From: Chrysemys picta bellii
Taxonomy: Eukaryota
Assembly (NCBI RefSeq): GCF_011386835.1
Contig: NC_088804.1
Location: 30,256,001 to 30,320,000 of the forward strand
Direction: 5' to 3'
DNA length: 64,000 nt
Shown: piece after piece, positions 36,900-49,723 of the stretch
How positions within the stretch are numbered: position 1 is the stretch's first letter
Layout of the letters: each line of letters starts with the position of its first letter
Translations under genes and position numbers: made by a program
Notes under the pieces: model-generated
Databases searched by the model: none
What the model was told of the DNA's origin: nothing
What the model saw: only the letters and a program-made list of their open reading frames with translations

Positions 36900-37010
36900 G
36901 CCTCAGATTGTAAATTCTTTGGGCCAGGGACCTTGTCTTCCTATATATTTGCACAGAACCAAGTGTATAGTGGGTGCTGCTACATTATAAATGAAGAATA
37001 AATAAATAAT
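36900..37010 (+). mobile_element. L2/MIR-type 3' tail fragment
   Basis: 'agattgtaaattctttgggccagggaccttgtc...gcacagaaccaagtgtatagtgggtgct...aataaataaataat'. Similar tails occur at ~44265-44400 and ~60695-60800. Confidence 0.5.
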
Positions 37011-37249
37011 AGCAAATCCTAAAGCGCTCAATCGGTATTAAAGATATAGATGCATATCAAAGCTATGCTAAGTCTGTTTCAAAAGTCTGAGTATGGTTAT
37101 ATGATCTTTGTCATTTTAAGTTACTATGGTTTCAGTGAACTCTAAACAGAAGTTTCTGGAGTCCCCAGGGAGCACACCTCCTGTGGCGTACTTTGAGTTC
37201 TTGATTCATTTGATCACAAAAACTCTAATAACTTCCGTAAAAACTCACC

Positions 37250-39365
37250 ATGTCTGTAATGAAACCAGCAAACTTGGCCAACTACTATATCACTCCTCCC
37301 ACCAACAAGCCCCAGCTGCCCCATGGGAAGAAGGAGCATGATCATCATTTATGTTACAACAAGATAGGTAAGGTGGCGGCTGCTGGTGCCGCACTGCTCC
37401 CTAGCAAGGCTTGATGCATTTCCAACCCTGGGAGGGTAACCTGATTATTCCCATGAAGTTTTTCTAGCTACTTGCACCCTGGAGTGTCTATTTAAATTCA
37501 TTTAAAAATGCATATGCAAACAGTATGTATTTCCAAAAAAAATTATGAATACACTATACTCTTAATTCATAAAGAAAAAGCAAATTACATACATATATAT
37601 GCACTACCTTGCTACACCTCAATCCACTGTTGTTATATACTATGTTGGTAAATATAGCATGTGGTATAGTATGTTGGTACAGAACCTCTGGTTTTCCTTC
37701 TGCAGCTTCTCAAGAGTATGCTGCATCCACTACTTCGATGGCCGTATTCGAGGGCTGGATGACAATTTCAAGGTTACAGTTTGGGTTTTTGCATTCTGAG
37801 ACAAGGAAAATCAATCCTAATCTACAGAGGGACTGAATTGCAAATGTCGCAGTGCAAAGGGCTTGAGCTTGGGAGGTACTGAGCACTCTCCACTCCCTGG
37901 CTTCCCAGAGGCCCTCAGCACCTCACAGGGTCAGGCCTACAGTTACTAAGCACCACGCCGCTCACACAGCTGATTAAATCGTTTATTCTGCTTTAATACA
38001 GCAGGATCTTCTTTCCATTTATATTGATGCCATCGGGCTGTGTTATTGCGGGTAAAGTGGACAGTGGCATTCACTAATTTCTTTCCACCCTTACAGATAA
38101 AGAGTACAGATGGAAACATTCAAGACTTACTGGGCCATCCATTTGTCTGCTTTAGGATACTTTCCACAAGCCCTCTTTTCCAGTGGAATTTAAGATCCTT
38201 TGGTTTATACAGTTGCATGACAAAATTTGAGATTGGCTTACCTGAATTGTCATTCCAGACAGCAGTGCCACTGACAGAGGAACTAACCCTTGCTCTCTTC
38301 ATTGACAGATCTGAGCCAGAGGTGGAGAACCAGAGCCATTAGCATTTTTAATGCCATCAACAACAGCAAAGGGAAAAACAAAAAGGTAAAATTACATCTG
38401 TGTTTTCTTCTTTTCATCTCTGTATTAATATCTTTATCACCTCTGCATCTTTATATCCTGGGCTATAATAGAGGTACTTATTCTGATTTGCTTATGTGGT
38501 TTTAGCATTCCCAACAGGAAGCTCGGTACTAGTGAGAAATAGGGAGATATCAACAGGCTTTGGAATCTGAGTGAAAGCATCGAAGCAACTGCACTTTTTA
38601 GAGATGACTTAAATCCTATTTTTGGAGAAGAAAACATCACAACCTTTTAATTTTCCTTTCCATTGTCTCTTGGTGACAGATTGACAGGCCTGGAGAATGG
38701 AGTTGTCTATTCATAGAACAGGTTCAGTGTGGGTAGCAGCAGTGAACGCTTGTTAATGTAGCCCTGCTAGTGTGCCTCAATCCTGACCTAGAGAGGCTGC
38801 TTCTGGGGACAGCGGAGTTCAGTCTCTGTTCCAATTCAATCCATATTCTCTCAGCTGAAGCTGCCAAAATGGTTAACACTCAGTGCCAGTGTGGCAGTGG
38901 TTTGGTGATGTGAACAGCTCATCTCTAGGACAAAGGACTGAGACCACCAACTCACTTTACAATGAGCATCAAATAGTAGTGAGATGTTAAGAGTTTTGTC
39001 ACTAATGACCATCTCATTTTCTCACCCTTCAGCCAACTTCTTTTGCTGTATCTCTAGCCTGTTTGTTTCTACAGACTGCTCACACCTCAGCTATGGTAAT
39101 GAAAAATGTGTAGCAGAACATGGGGTTGCTCTTGTGCAAAGTTATCTTGAGTTATTGCTGGTCTGGTAAAAGGAACAGACAAGGGAAAGATGAAACAGAT
39201 TGGGAGTCCTTTCTCTGCCTTTAAATAAAGCACAAATATGATATACAACAGGGTGAACCACAAGCTAAGAAACAGACATACCAAAGAATAGTCTTTCAGT
39301 TTTCTTTGTTTTCTCTTTAGGGATCATTTCCAAAGAAAGCCTTGCGGTCAAAATGTTGCTGCTAA
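37250..39365 (+). CDS. Hypothetical spliced small ORF (exons 37250-37367, 38309-38385, 39321-39365; 79 aa)
   Basis: CACCATG with an upstream in-frame TAA; donor G|GTAAGG; acceptor ACTAAC...ctctcttcattgacag; donor AAG|GTAAAA; acceptor ttttctttgttttctctttag. Phases are compatible and there is no internal stop. No homologue recognised; could be chance. Confidence 0.25.
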
Positions 39366-39930
39366 TCCCATTTTCATTTGCAATATTAATTTAAGATTTT
39401 TTTTTAATTTGAGTATTTTAACAATGCCATTATCAAAAGTACCACTTCCGTGAGTGATTTAAACATGTCAAGTCCATGGTGTCAAGCATATTTATCTGCA
39501 AGTGCTGTGAAAGAAGTCACTTCTGCAGGCCACTGAGATTGTTTCTACTCATCACAAGTAATCTCATGAGTTCATATTTATATTTCCTTATGGATAACTC
39601 TACTTATTCCATTAGGAAACAAATTATTACACTGTCAGTCTTCGATATTGCATTGTTAACATTAGCTTCACTTTTGCATTTATTTTTAAATTATGTATGA
39701 GACAACTCCGGGTGAGGGTGTGCAACAATTTGTGGTTTGGAGACTAAAAGTCTGTCTGAGGGCATTTTCACAGAGAGTTTGGTGTGAAAACCATACACTA
39801 AGCCAAATATATATCTATATTGAACTATACAGCAAACAATGTGGATAACTACTACTTTAGTCCCATTGAAGTCAGTGTAATTTGTGTTTTAGGAAGCAAT
39901 CCTGCAAGATGTGACGTATTCCTATCTCCC

Positions 39931-41472
39931 TGTAGTGAGGCGGAGTGGCCTCCCACTGATCCAGAGTGGGAGAGGGGCCCCTCTCTAAGCCCAGGTGAGG
40001 AGATACAGGCTGTGCCTATCTCTCCCACCAGAAGTCAGGAGGCGGGACAGGAAATATAAAGAGTGGGTTGTGCTGCAGCCGCCGAAGGATATAGATACTT
40101 TCTGCCCACTCCTGGAGACCATAGAGAAGCCCTGCCAAGCTTAAGATTGGCCAGAACTTCTGTAGCTGCCAGCCGACCTAGGCACTGAGGACTTGCTAGA
40201 AATACTGCTGGCCATCTACCCTCAGGAAACAGAGGACCCCCCCCCAGATCCAGGTGCACCCCAAGGGGAGGGGAGGAAGTGGCCCAGGGACAGCTGACCC
40301 CAGTCTGGCTGCATTGCTGCTGGAAACCCGGTCACCGTGTTGCGGCTGGGTTCCCCACTGACCCAGTGGCGGAATACTCCACTGCTATTAGGGCCCTGGG
40401 CTGGGACTGGTGGAGTCAGGTGGGTCCGGGTCCCCGGCAACCCCACCCCTGGGGTGGCCGCCTCCCCACTTTAGGCTGTGAGGCCTGTGTTTGTCTGCTG
40501 TCCACCTGAGACAAGATGTCAGGTAACCCCTCCCCTGCAGAGCCATATTACTGCACAGGCAATGTTCTGGGCGGCGGAGCTGTGTGCTCCTGCCAAGCAG
40601 AGAAGCAGCGTGTCTGACTCCAGCCGGCGCAGCAGCCAGACATGCTGCTCTGCTCAGCATGGTAAGTGGGCCAGGGGGTTGTATAAGGGCTGGGGGGCCG
40701 CCGGGGGCTGTCAGGGAGCAGGGGGTGGTTGAATGGGGCGGAGGTTCTGAGGGGGGCAGTCAGGGGACAGGGAACGGGGGGTTGGATATGTGTGGGGTCC
40801 TAGGGGGCCTGTCTGGGAGTTGGGGTGTGGATGGCCTCAGGGCAGTAAGGGGACAGGGAGCAGGGGGCGGTTGAATGGGGCAGAGATTCTGAGGGGGGCA
40901 GTCAGGGGACAGGGAGCATGGGGGTTGGATATGGGGTGGGGTCCCGGGAGGGGGCAGTTAGGGGACAAGGAGTGGGGGGGGGGGTTGGATGGGTCGGGGG
41001 TTCTGAGGGGGGCAGTCAGGGGGCAGAAAGTAGGAGGGGGCCAGGCTGTTTGGGGAGGCACAGCCTTCCCTACCTGGCCCTCCATCCAGTTTTGCAACCC
41101 CAATGTGGCCCTCGGGCCAAAAAGTTTGCCCACCCATGCCCTAGACTGCTGGTGCTCTGCCTTGCTGGAGGCTTGAGTTCCTAGACTATTTGGTGCCCCA
41201 CCCTCATTGAGAGCTTGGAGACTAATTGTAGCTCTGCCCCTTTCTGAGGGCCAGAGCTCAAACTGCTCATTTGCCCTGCCCTAGCCTGAGGGCTGGAAAC
41301 TTTTAGACTGTTTGGGGCTCTGCCATATATCTTTGCAGCTCTGCCCTGCCTAAGGGCCAGAGCCTTAGACTGTTTACTGCTCTGCTAATTCCTGTGGGCA
41401 ATGCCTGACATAGTGAGGCAGAGTGGCCTCCCACTGAACCAGAGGAGGAGGGACCACCGCTAACCCACTACA
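39931..41472 (+). mobile_element. Solo LTR with nested hAT fragment
   Basis: Termini TGTAGTG...CACTACA (inverted, TG..CA); flanks CTCCC / CTCCA (4/5 TSD); TATA-like 'atataaaga' at ~40054; degenerate ~40-bp sub-repeats at 41140-41400. Confidence 0.8.
40530..41138 (-). mobile_element. GC-rich hAT MITE fragment inside the LTR
   Basis: The right end reverse-complements to CATGGGTGGGCAAACTTTTTGGCCCGAGGGCCACATTGGGG (hAT-type terminus); internal 'gttctgaggggggcagtcagggg' repeats; the other terminus was not found. Confidence 0.7.
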
Positions 41473-44400
41473 CTCCATAATACTGCCTATATTGTATGTG
41501 TATGCAAATATTTATCAAGTAAGGGACCAATTTTTGGGTGGGCCTGAGTGCCTTACCTGAGAAACCTCCACTCATGATGATGTTAATGAGCATTTTAATT
41601 ATAAAGTCAGGGACACTGCCATTTTTATGAGCTTCTCCAAATGGAAACAAAAATCCTAACATTGTTACTTTTGTAGCTTGAAAGGAATGATTCCTTAAAA
41701 CAAAATGCAGGTGAATATTCATTCAGTATTTCTGCTGTCATTTGAGTCTTAGTTCCATGACGTAACCCGGCATTTGTCACGACTGGCAGATTTAATTGGA
41801 ACTGTTACAGAAAAGTAACCTGATAAATAGGTTCTTGGAAGAATGGTAAGAGAAAGGTACTGGAGTTAAAACTTGATACTCTATTTCCTCCTTTGTAGTT
41901 CTATGTTTTACTTGTGCAGTGAAAGGAAAAAAGATATTTTACAGTGTGACTGTCAGCTATAGGTAATAGAATATGTGTTGATGGCCCCTTTTATATTTGC
42001 AGCATCATACATGTTAATTAGAAGATTCTACATCTCCAGTGCACTCTACAGCTGCCAAGTGAAAATAAATGTTATTTTGTTGCAGATGACAGTTGTCCAA
42101 TGTGCAAACAAGTAAACTGATCTCAGCAAAAGAAGAATATTCTTCAGAGTTTTCAAAAGCATGCAAGATTGGACTGAGGGAGTTGATTTACATGATTCCT
42201 TAATATTCTACACACTACCTGCAGTGCATAATGACAGTACTTCTGCAAGCAGCCCTGTTCTTTTGTGTGCCAGAAAACAGTTTTCTGTGATCACAATAAA
42301 TAAGATGAAACAAAGGGGGTGGGGCGGGGAGAGAGGGAGGATATTATCTCAAAGAAGGCCAGGGTATAGAAGGAAGGTGAATGGGGAAAAATGAGGAGAG
42401 AGATATTAAAAGATGTTAGAGAAATAAAGTGTGTGTGGGGGGGGAGGGGGATAGAGAAGCGAAGCATTCTAAGAAGATGATAAAACTGAAAGAATGAGTC
42501 ATGACAGTACAGCAGCTAAAGAGGTAGGATATTCTATTTGTGTAGACCTTAACTCTTACAATGTTCAGTGAAGGACACATATCAGCATCTCTTTATGATA
42601 AGTCCATTGAGAAAAAATGTTATGGTTTGATTTGTTAGCTTTTGTTGGTTTTAATCACTATTTCTGCAGATATATATTATAATGCATAGCTTTTCAAAGG
42701 AAAATTATGATATACATAGGTTATCTGGATATATGTACATATGTAGAATGAAGATAGAGAGAAAAAAATCAGAAGATATTGAAGGTAAGTAGACTTTTTA
42801 ATTCTACAAGGATGGACAAACCTCAACAGCTTTGGGGACACATTGCAGTAATGCTGCTTCAGACTTCTATTCCCTACCCCATCCCCAATTCCGAGAAGGC
42901 TAGGACACAGATGCAGGGAGATGAATCAAGACAGAGATTGTTCAAGGGAGGGAATTGGTGAGCGAGAAAGAGGCAGGCATTTTGTAGGGCTGGCCTGGAT
43001 CTGCAGGGATGGACTGCTGTTTCTCTCCACAGACTCCCCCCTCTATTGTCTTGAATGTAGACTGATGATTTCTGAAATTTCCCAATTCTTGTTCTAGTAC
43101 TAGTGCTTCTGTACCGGTGGTAACAAGAGAGGGAGTACTAGATCAGACCCACTATTACAGCTACGATAGGGAAGTAGAAACACAGGTTGCCATAGGAGAC
43201 TTACTTATGCTAGTTATTACCATCTGTGGAGCCAAGCTGGAGCTAGAGCAAGAGTGGGAGAATGTCAGAAAATCCTCAGTGTAAGAGCAGCACCTACCTG
43301 CCACATGCAGCCAGAGAGTTCAGTTTAATGGAAGTGTAATATTGTACTCTCCTGCAGTTTACCTGGACTTGGGGATGGTAACATATGTCTCCTTTTTTGC
43401 CCATTACCTCTAGAAGCACAATGAAATAAGCAACCCTTTTTGGTAGACATGCAAACAGTTCTGCTGGGGTTTTTTGTGGGTTTTTTGGCTCACATTCTAT
43501 AGGATTGTTACGAAAGTAATAGATAAAAAAGGAAATATGTTAAATAAAAACATTTATTAGAGGAAGTAATTTTAAATATTTAATGATACAATTAAGTCTT
43601 ATTAATGTAATAGTCTTTATTCATCAGCTTAACAATTCAAAAGGATAATTTTCTCTTTCATCTTTATTATGCAATGTTTGCCACAATTATTTGTTTTATA
43701 TTCTTCTAAATATTTGATGAATATTAGATATTTTAATTTCAAAAAGGGGCGTCTTATTCATCACTGTGTTACTCCAATTGTAGTGAATTATAATGGAGTT
43801 ACACCAATATAAAACTGGAGCTGCCACAATGGTGAATCAGGCCCTGTATGTTTTACTTTAGTTATAATGACAGAAGGCCTGATCTGATTCCCAAGCAATT
43901 CATTGGGAGCTTTTTCATTGACTTCCATGGGAGTCGAATTAGGCCCTGTATGAGGATACTGAGTTGTAGTGCACATCATATGCAAATAATTTTGCTATAT
44001 TTAATATTCTAATTCAGGGCACAATCTTGCAGCCCCAATCCATAAGTAATTCCCATTTACTTCCGTTTAGCAGCTTCAGGACTGGTTACATTATTTTCTA
44101 TATGTGAAAATGATTTTATCTTCTAACTTTTACTCTGAATCACTAAGATTTTTGTTTTGTTTTCATCCCACAACTGCCCAGTCTTCTGGCTGTCACGCTG
44201 ATTGATATTGTCTCATTAGGTCTATGTGGTCCTCTAGCTGTATCACCTGTTGTTTCTTGTCCTAGACTTAGATTACAAGCATTTTTGGGGCAGGAACTGT
44301 CTCTTTGTTCCGTTTGTACAGCACCTAGTACAACAGGGTTCTGGTCCATGACTGGAACTCCAAGCTGCAACCACAGTACAAATAATTATTAATGTATCAG

Positions 44401-44489
44401 TTTACTTACACATTCTGATTTAAGTTGGTGGTAGTTTGGAGTGCACTAGAATTGAGAGATCAGGCCCTTAATAAACACTATTTGCATAC

Positions 44490-44607
44490 AGGTTTCAGAG
44501 TGGTAGCCATGTTACTCTGTATCAGCAAAAACAACGAGGAGTCCTTGTGGCATGCCCAAATAAATTGGTTAGTCTCTAAGGTGCCACAAGGACTCCTCGT
44601 TGTTTTT
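44490..44607. mobile_element. PLE terminal relic, inverted (tail-inversion) structure
   Basis: AAAAACAACGAGGAGTCCTTGTGGCA (ending 44552) and TGCCACAAGGACTCCTCGTTGTTTTT (ending 44607) are reverse complements. Flanks ACTATTTGCATA (44477) / ACTATTTGAATA (44608). Confidence 0.85.
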
Positions 44608-45984
44608 ACTATTTGAATAGCTCCACTTGTCTTACCAAAATTTGTAAAGCATCCCTGCTATAAATTGTATGTCACACTGTTTATTGTTTAGATGAAAGAC
44701 CATCTCATGGAGCCTGATCCAAAGCCTAATGAAGAGAAATCAGAGTCTTTCCATTCACGCCAATGAGTTTTGGATTAGGCCATGAAGGTGTTGACAGATA
44801 TGACAGGGTAGACAGACAGACAGATATGGATGAATATATGCAGGATTAGAACTGAAGGTAGAATAGCAAGTTTGCTGAAGCTGAGGGTTTGAGGAAGGTA
44901 GTGAAGGATTCCCACATCTTTTGTTTCTTCTCCTGGCATGTATTACAACTTATGTTAGTCTCACAAGAAGTAATATTACATTGGGTCAGATCATTCTCCC
45001 GTCTAAGCTGAACTAGTCCTATTATCCACAGTATCTTGTCCACAGCTCTTAGGCGTTTTGTTTTATTGCGATACCAAGCATTTAATAATATTATAATACA
45101 TGCAACCTACTAAGCTCTGAAATGACCTTAGAACATCAGTTTGTAAGGGCTATATGGAGATTTTACTCAGTTGCCTCCATAATAGGCATTTAAATTTGTA
45201 TTGAATAGTCAAGTGATTGTTTCTCTACACTGTACACTGTTAGCCGTTTATTGAAAAAGAAAAAAGTCCTGTACTTTAGCATTAAGCCATGGGGGATTTA
45301 AATAATGTATTTTCTCTTTCATCAGTGATATTTGTTGTACAGGTATTATAAAGTGATATTTAGAGGAAGTGGATATTTTATTTTCACCACAATATCACCT
45401 CTTAATCCTTATTACAGTATCAGCTTGGGAGCTTCAATATTAGCAATTCATAGGGGCAATCACTTTATGGGCGATATGTTGACTTCCTTTTTCAACTTTT
45501 TTTTTTTAAACAAATAAAAATAAAAGCCCTGCTAACAATACTTTGCTAAATAGGAATATACTTCTGATGGGTGTAACAACCTTCGGGAATTATAGTCCAA
45601 CTAGTAAAAAGACTAGTAGCCAAATTTAGGTTTGTCTGTGTTGTCATACGTTTTCAGTTCTCTTCAATGTATGCATGCAATTCCCTTTATCCTTAAGGTG
45701 AGTTACTCAGGTAAATACACAGTACATGCAGGCTGGGATCCTAGAGGGGCCTTGTAATAGACTACTGGCCTATAAGCACATGCTATCTATCGTTCATTTT
45801 CCATCCCCTTCTATCAGTAACTGTTGCTATTGTTGTTTTCACCTCTATCTTCAGGCTGTACATTCTTGCATGCCTTACTACACATAGGTGAGGGGCCAGG
45901 CACACCAACTGAAGAGGTAAAATACAGTGCCATTTCTGGTCCCCTTCAGTTCACTTGCAGGTTTGAACCAGTGTAAATGGTGGA

Positions 45985-46155
45985 TTCTCTATAACTTAAA
46001 GTCTTTAAATCCTGATTTCATGACTTCAGTAACTCAGCCAAAGATTAAGGGCTTATTACAGGAGTGGATGGATGAAGTTCTGTGTCTTGCAATGTGCAGG
46101 AGGTCAGGCTAGATGATCATGATGGTCCTTCTGACCTTAAAATCTATGAGTCTAT
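45985..46155 (+). mobile_element. CR1 3' end fragment
   Basis: 'gtgcaggaggtcaggctagatgatcatgatggtccttctgaccttaaaatctatgagtctatg' is a CR1 tail. Confidence 0.85.
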
Positions 46156-48515
46156 GTTAACTTAAGGATATTTCCAAAACAGGATCAAAGTAACAGCCAA
46201 GAGAGGACCTTCCAGCTTCCAGAAAGCAGGAAGAGGGAGAGGACATGCTCTTCTCCTGGAGTAGCCATTCCTGCCTATCTCCTAGGCCTCCTGCCAGGTC
46301 CTCACGGAGGCACTACACTCAGAATCTGATCAAGGAGAATTGCTCTGTTTAGTCTCCAGCAAGTAGTCATATGATACTTAGTCAAGTGACCACTCTTCAT
46401 CACAACTCCAGCAACCTCTAGTCTTAAAGGAGCATGTCCCCATAACATGGTGGCTGCATCTGTGCTCACAGGCCAACTGTGGTTTTCAGGTCCATAAAAA
46501 AGTAGCTTTATTTAGAAACTTCATGGAAATCCATGGCAAAGTCCTTCTTGTTAACTATAGCAGGACACTGGCACTGCAGTCATTTCAGAGTGAAAAATGG
46601 GGAAGGGAAGTTAGAATAAAATATTAATTTCATAGATTCATGAACTCTTAAGAAACTGAATTTCAGATCTGTATGTGAGCATCTGTATGTGGCTGAGAGA
46701 GTGGAAGTTAAGTGCCTAAATACCTTTTCAGGGTCAGGTTTATGGTGACTGTCCATAGAAAAAGTCTGAAAAACATGTTTGTGAAATGACAATATTTTCA
46801 AACAAGAAATATGGATGCTTTGCTTCTTACTGAAGTTTTGTCCTTTTCACTTTTCTTCCCACATATTAAACTACACCTTTTTTTCACTCTTCATTTTCAG
46901 TGTTCCTTCCTGTTCTTTCTTTAGCATCTCACTGCCTGTTGCCTCTCAACGTTCTTTCTTTGCATCCTCTATTTCCTCTCTATCTCTTGTCAGGCACCTC
47001 TCTCCTCTCCATCCTGCTGATGTGGCCGTTAAACAGCTTAGCTGCATTGATTGCCTCCTGTTGTGGAGAAGAAGCATTGTGTCTGGACTCAGTGCAGTAC
47101 TTCCTGTCACCGGCTGACACAACACAACATGTTCAGCCAAGTAACTTTGGTATTTTGAACCAGCGCATGATCTGAACAGGTACCTGAACTAGTGACTTGG
47201 ATTTGAGGAAGGATGCAGTCCCATGGTGCTCCCTCACTGTATGTGTATATCAGTAATTCTTTGGCTGTCCCTTTGTTTGTATAGCATAGATAGCAATTTA
47301 AAAAAAGCCTGAAACACATTCTAAAACAATACCTATTTATTATTTGTGTATTATGGTATTATCCAAACACGCTAATCAGAATTAGGGTTGTACGTAGTTG
47401 GACAATAGTAGTGTAGTTTTAGATGTATCCTTTTATGTATTACAGGATATGTTTTATAAAAGTCCTTTTTGCCTGCAGCCTCTTAAAAATTAAAGACATT
47501 TTCAAAAGTAGAAGCATCAGTTGGTGCTCAGCACTTACGAAAATCAATAGACTCAGGAGCCTAACTTTAGGCTCCTATTTTTGAAAATCTTGGCTTATGA
47601 GTGTATTTTGCTGCTGGTTATATAACCTGCATGTGGGGGAGGGGAAGAGTTGGTTCTGGTTTTGCTGTGTAACTAGGAAACATACTCCTAAGGCACCCTT
47701 GCATATTTGGTTTAAAAGATTATTGAATTCTATGTGACTGAAAAGTATGTCAGAGCAAACTGAGAGAGTCACCCAGTGCTCTGCTTATATAAAAGAGACA
47801 ATATGTTTATATAAACACAAACAGTTAATACAGTGAAAACTTAGTTTATATGTCCTCTGAGGAGGGAAAACAGTGTTACAAATTACTCTGGGATTTGGAA
47901 GAGTGACTGTTAGAAAAAAATCCTTCCTTTAGATTGCAACTTGCTTAGTTACTGCACGCTAGAGGGCACTTGGAGTAGAGCAAAAGATATTTCTGTAGCC
48001 ACTGAAAAGGAACAAGTTACCTGTATCTTGCTTATACATTGGAAGCTAAAAGCAAAGAATTAGGATGCTCAAATCGCATCCAAAGCATTAATCAACAAAA
48101 AATAGGTAAGTTGATTGCTTTGTTTAATACAACTTTCTTTTTATTTTGTCTTGATCTTTAGTGTTTCTACATAAAAACAATGTCTGTTTTCCTAATAGTC
48201 AATCTGACAACTAATCAAAATTCCAAACAGTACCCTAGGAATAATAAGAAACTTGCTAATATATTATTGTATTTATATACATTCTATAATATAATTGGTG
48301 AATCTGAAAACCTTCTGGTGTGCAAATTAATCGTTATTTTTTCTTCCATATTTTGACATTGAAATCCAACAGACAGTGGAGCGGATTCAGAAATATGTAT
48401 GTTTGAACAAACTAAATGGAGGAATTTAGGTGAAAGGAAAATAATTCACTAAGGATACAGAGGTGCCAGTCCTGCAGTTGAATTCACCCTTTGCACCTGT
48501 GTGCCATACCAGAGA

Positions 48516-49423
48516 CTATAAATGGTACTCCACATGAACATACGGATCTGATTGCAGCATCAGAACCCAAATAATCTGAAAAAAGAAGAACAGGATAATC
48601 TGAAGTAACTTCAGTCAGAACCAACATGCTTCTTGCTTTCACATGCCTTTGGTAACAAGGAAATAGAACTGCTATTTGCTGAGACCTCTGTGACAGAAGA
48701 CTAGAGTTCAAAAAGAGTACTTTTAAATAAGAAAGAATCCCCTTATTTGGTCACTGGGAGAGTGTTTTTCTAAAGTCTGCCACTCTCAAGTTTTTGTGGT
48801 GGTGGCTGAATCTTATCACTTCTGACACCTGACCATTATGAAAATATACTCCTGTAAAAACCATTCACTTAGATAGTATTCTCAGAAAGAAAGATTATTT
48901 ATAGCTGTACCAGCTTAAATAAATCAGGAACTGCAGTCAATGCATAAAGACAAAGACCTAGTATCAAAGGCCTCTTGCATATTTTGCTTTTTTCCCTAGT
49001 GCCTGCTGTAAGTATCATTTAATAATGCTTTTACAAGTATCGGCTGTCTTTCAATAATTTTCCAAGCACTTAGTGATCACTGTTTCTCATAGTAAATTAC
49101 TCAGGAATGCAAACCATTTGCAAGTATATTTTGAAAGGTGCAGGAAGGTGATAAGAAACTGTTTGCACCATTAGTTATGTTTGCATTAGCTCTGTGAACC
49201 ACTAAAAGTGCACATCTCATTCAGAAACATTGCATACCTTTCTTCTTTTCTTTTCTCAGTCTTTGACTTTTATAAGTGGTCTCATCGAATACAAATTCTA
49301 TTCCCTTGTTACCAAATGCACATGAAAGCAAGAAGCATGTTGGTTTTGACTAAGTTACTTCAAATTCCTTTGGCCTTCGTGCTGCAATCAGATCCTTATG
49401 TCCATGTGGAGTTCCATTTATAG
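48516..49423. repeat. Long inverted repeat pair (48516-48686 / 49278-49423) around a ~590-bp spacer; possible old long-TIR DNA element
   Basis: ctataaatggtactccacatgaacatacggatctgattgcagca...aaccaacatgcttcttgctttcacatgcctttggtaacaagg...gagacc matches the reverse complement of the right arm, apart from one ~25-bp indel. Confidence 0.85.
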
Positions 49424-49723
49424 GTAAAAGTTTGCCTGTTTTATACCGAAAAGCCAAGGAACAAATAATATCCTATGAAATGAATCTTTGAAGAAAATCA
49501 AAGGAGGGCTTGATGCTGCACATAGTTCTTACTTTTTACTCAAAATTATGTGTAAAATCTGAGTATTGCCTGAGAAAAGGAGGCAGCTCTCTGAGACATT
49601 AGAGAAATGGTGAAATAAACAATCATAACAAACAATTGCATAACTTTTATTTTAATACTTGCTTATTTTTTAAGTGGTATTGCTTGTGGGAATTCATGTG
49701 CAGTATTTAGGATGAATAAACAT

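Noticed and set aside
46995-47141. Exon-like segment after a long pyrimidine tract
   Set aside because: Weak donor (GTAACT) and no recognisable peptide.
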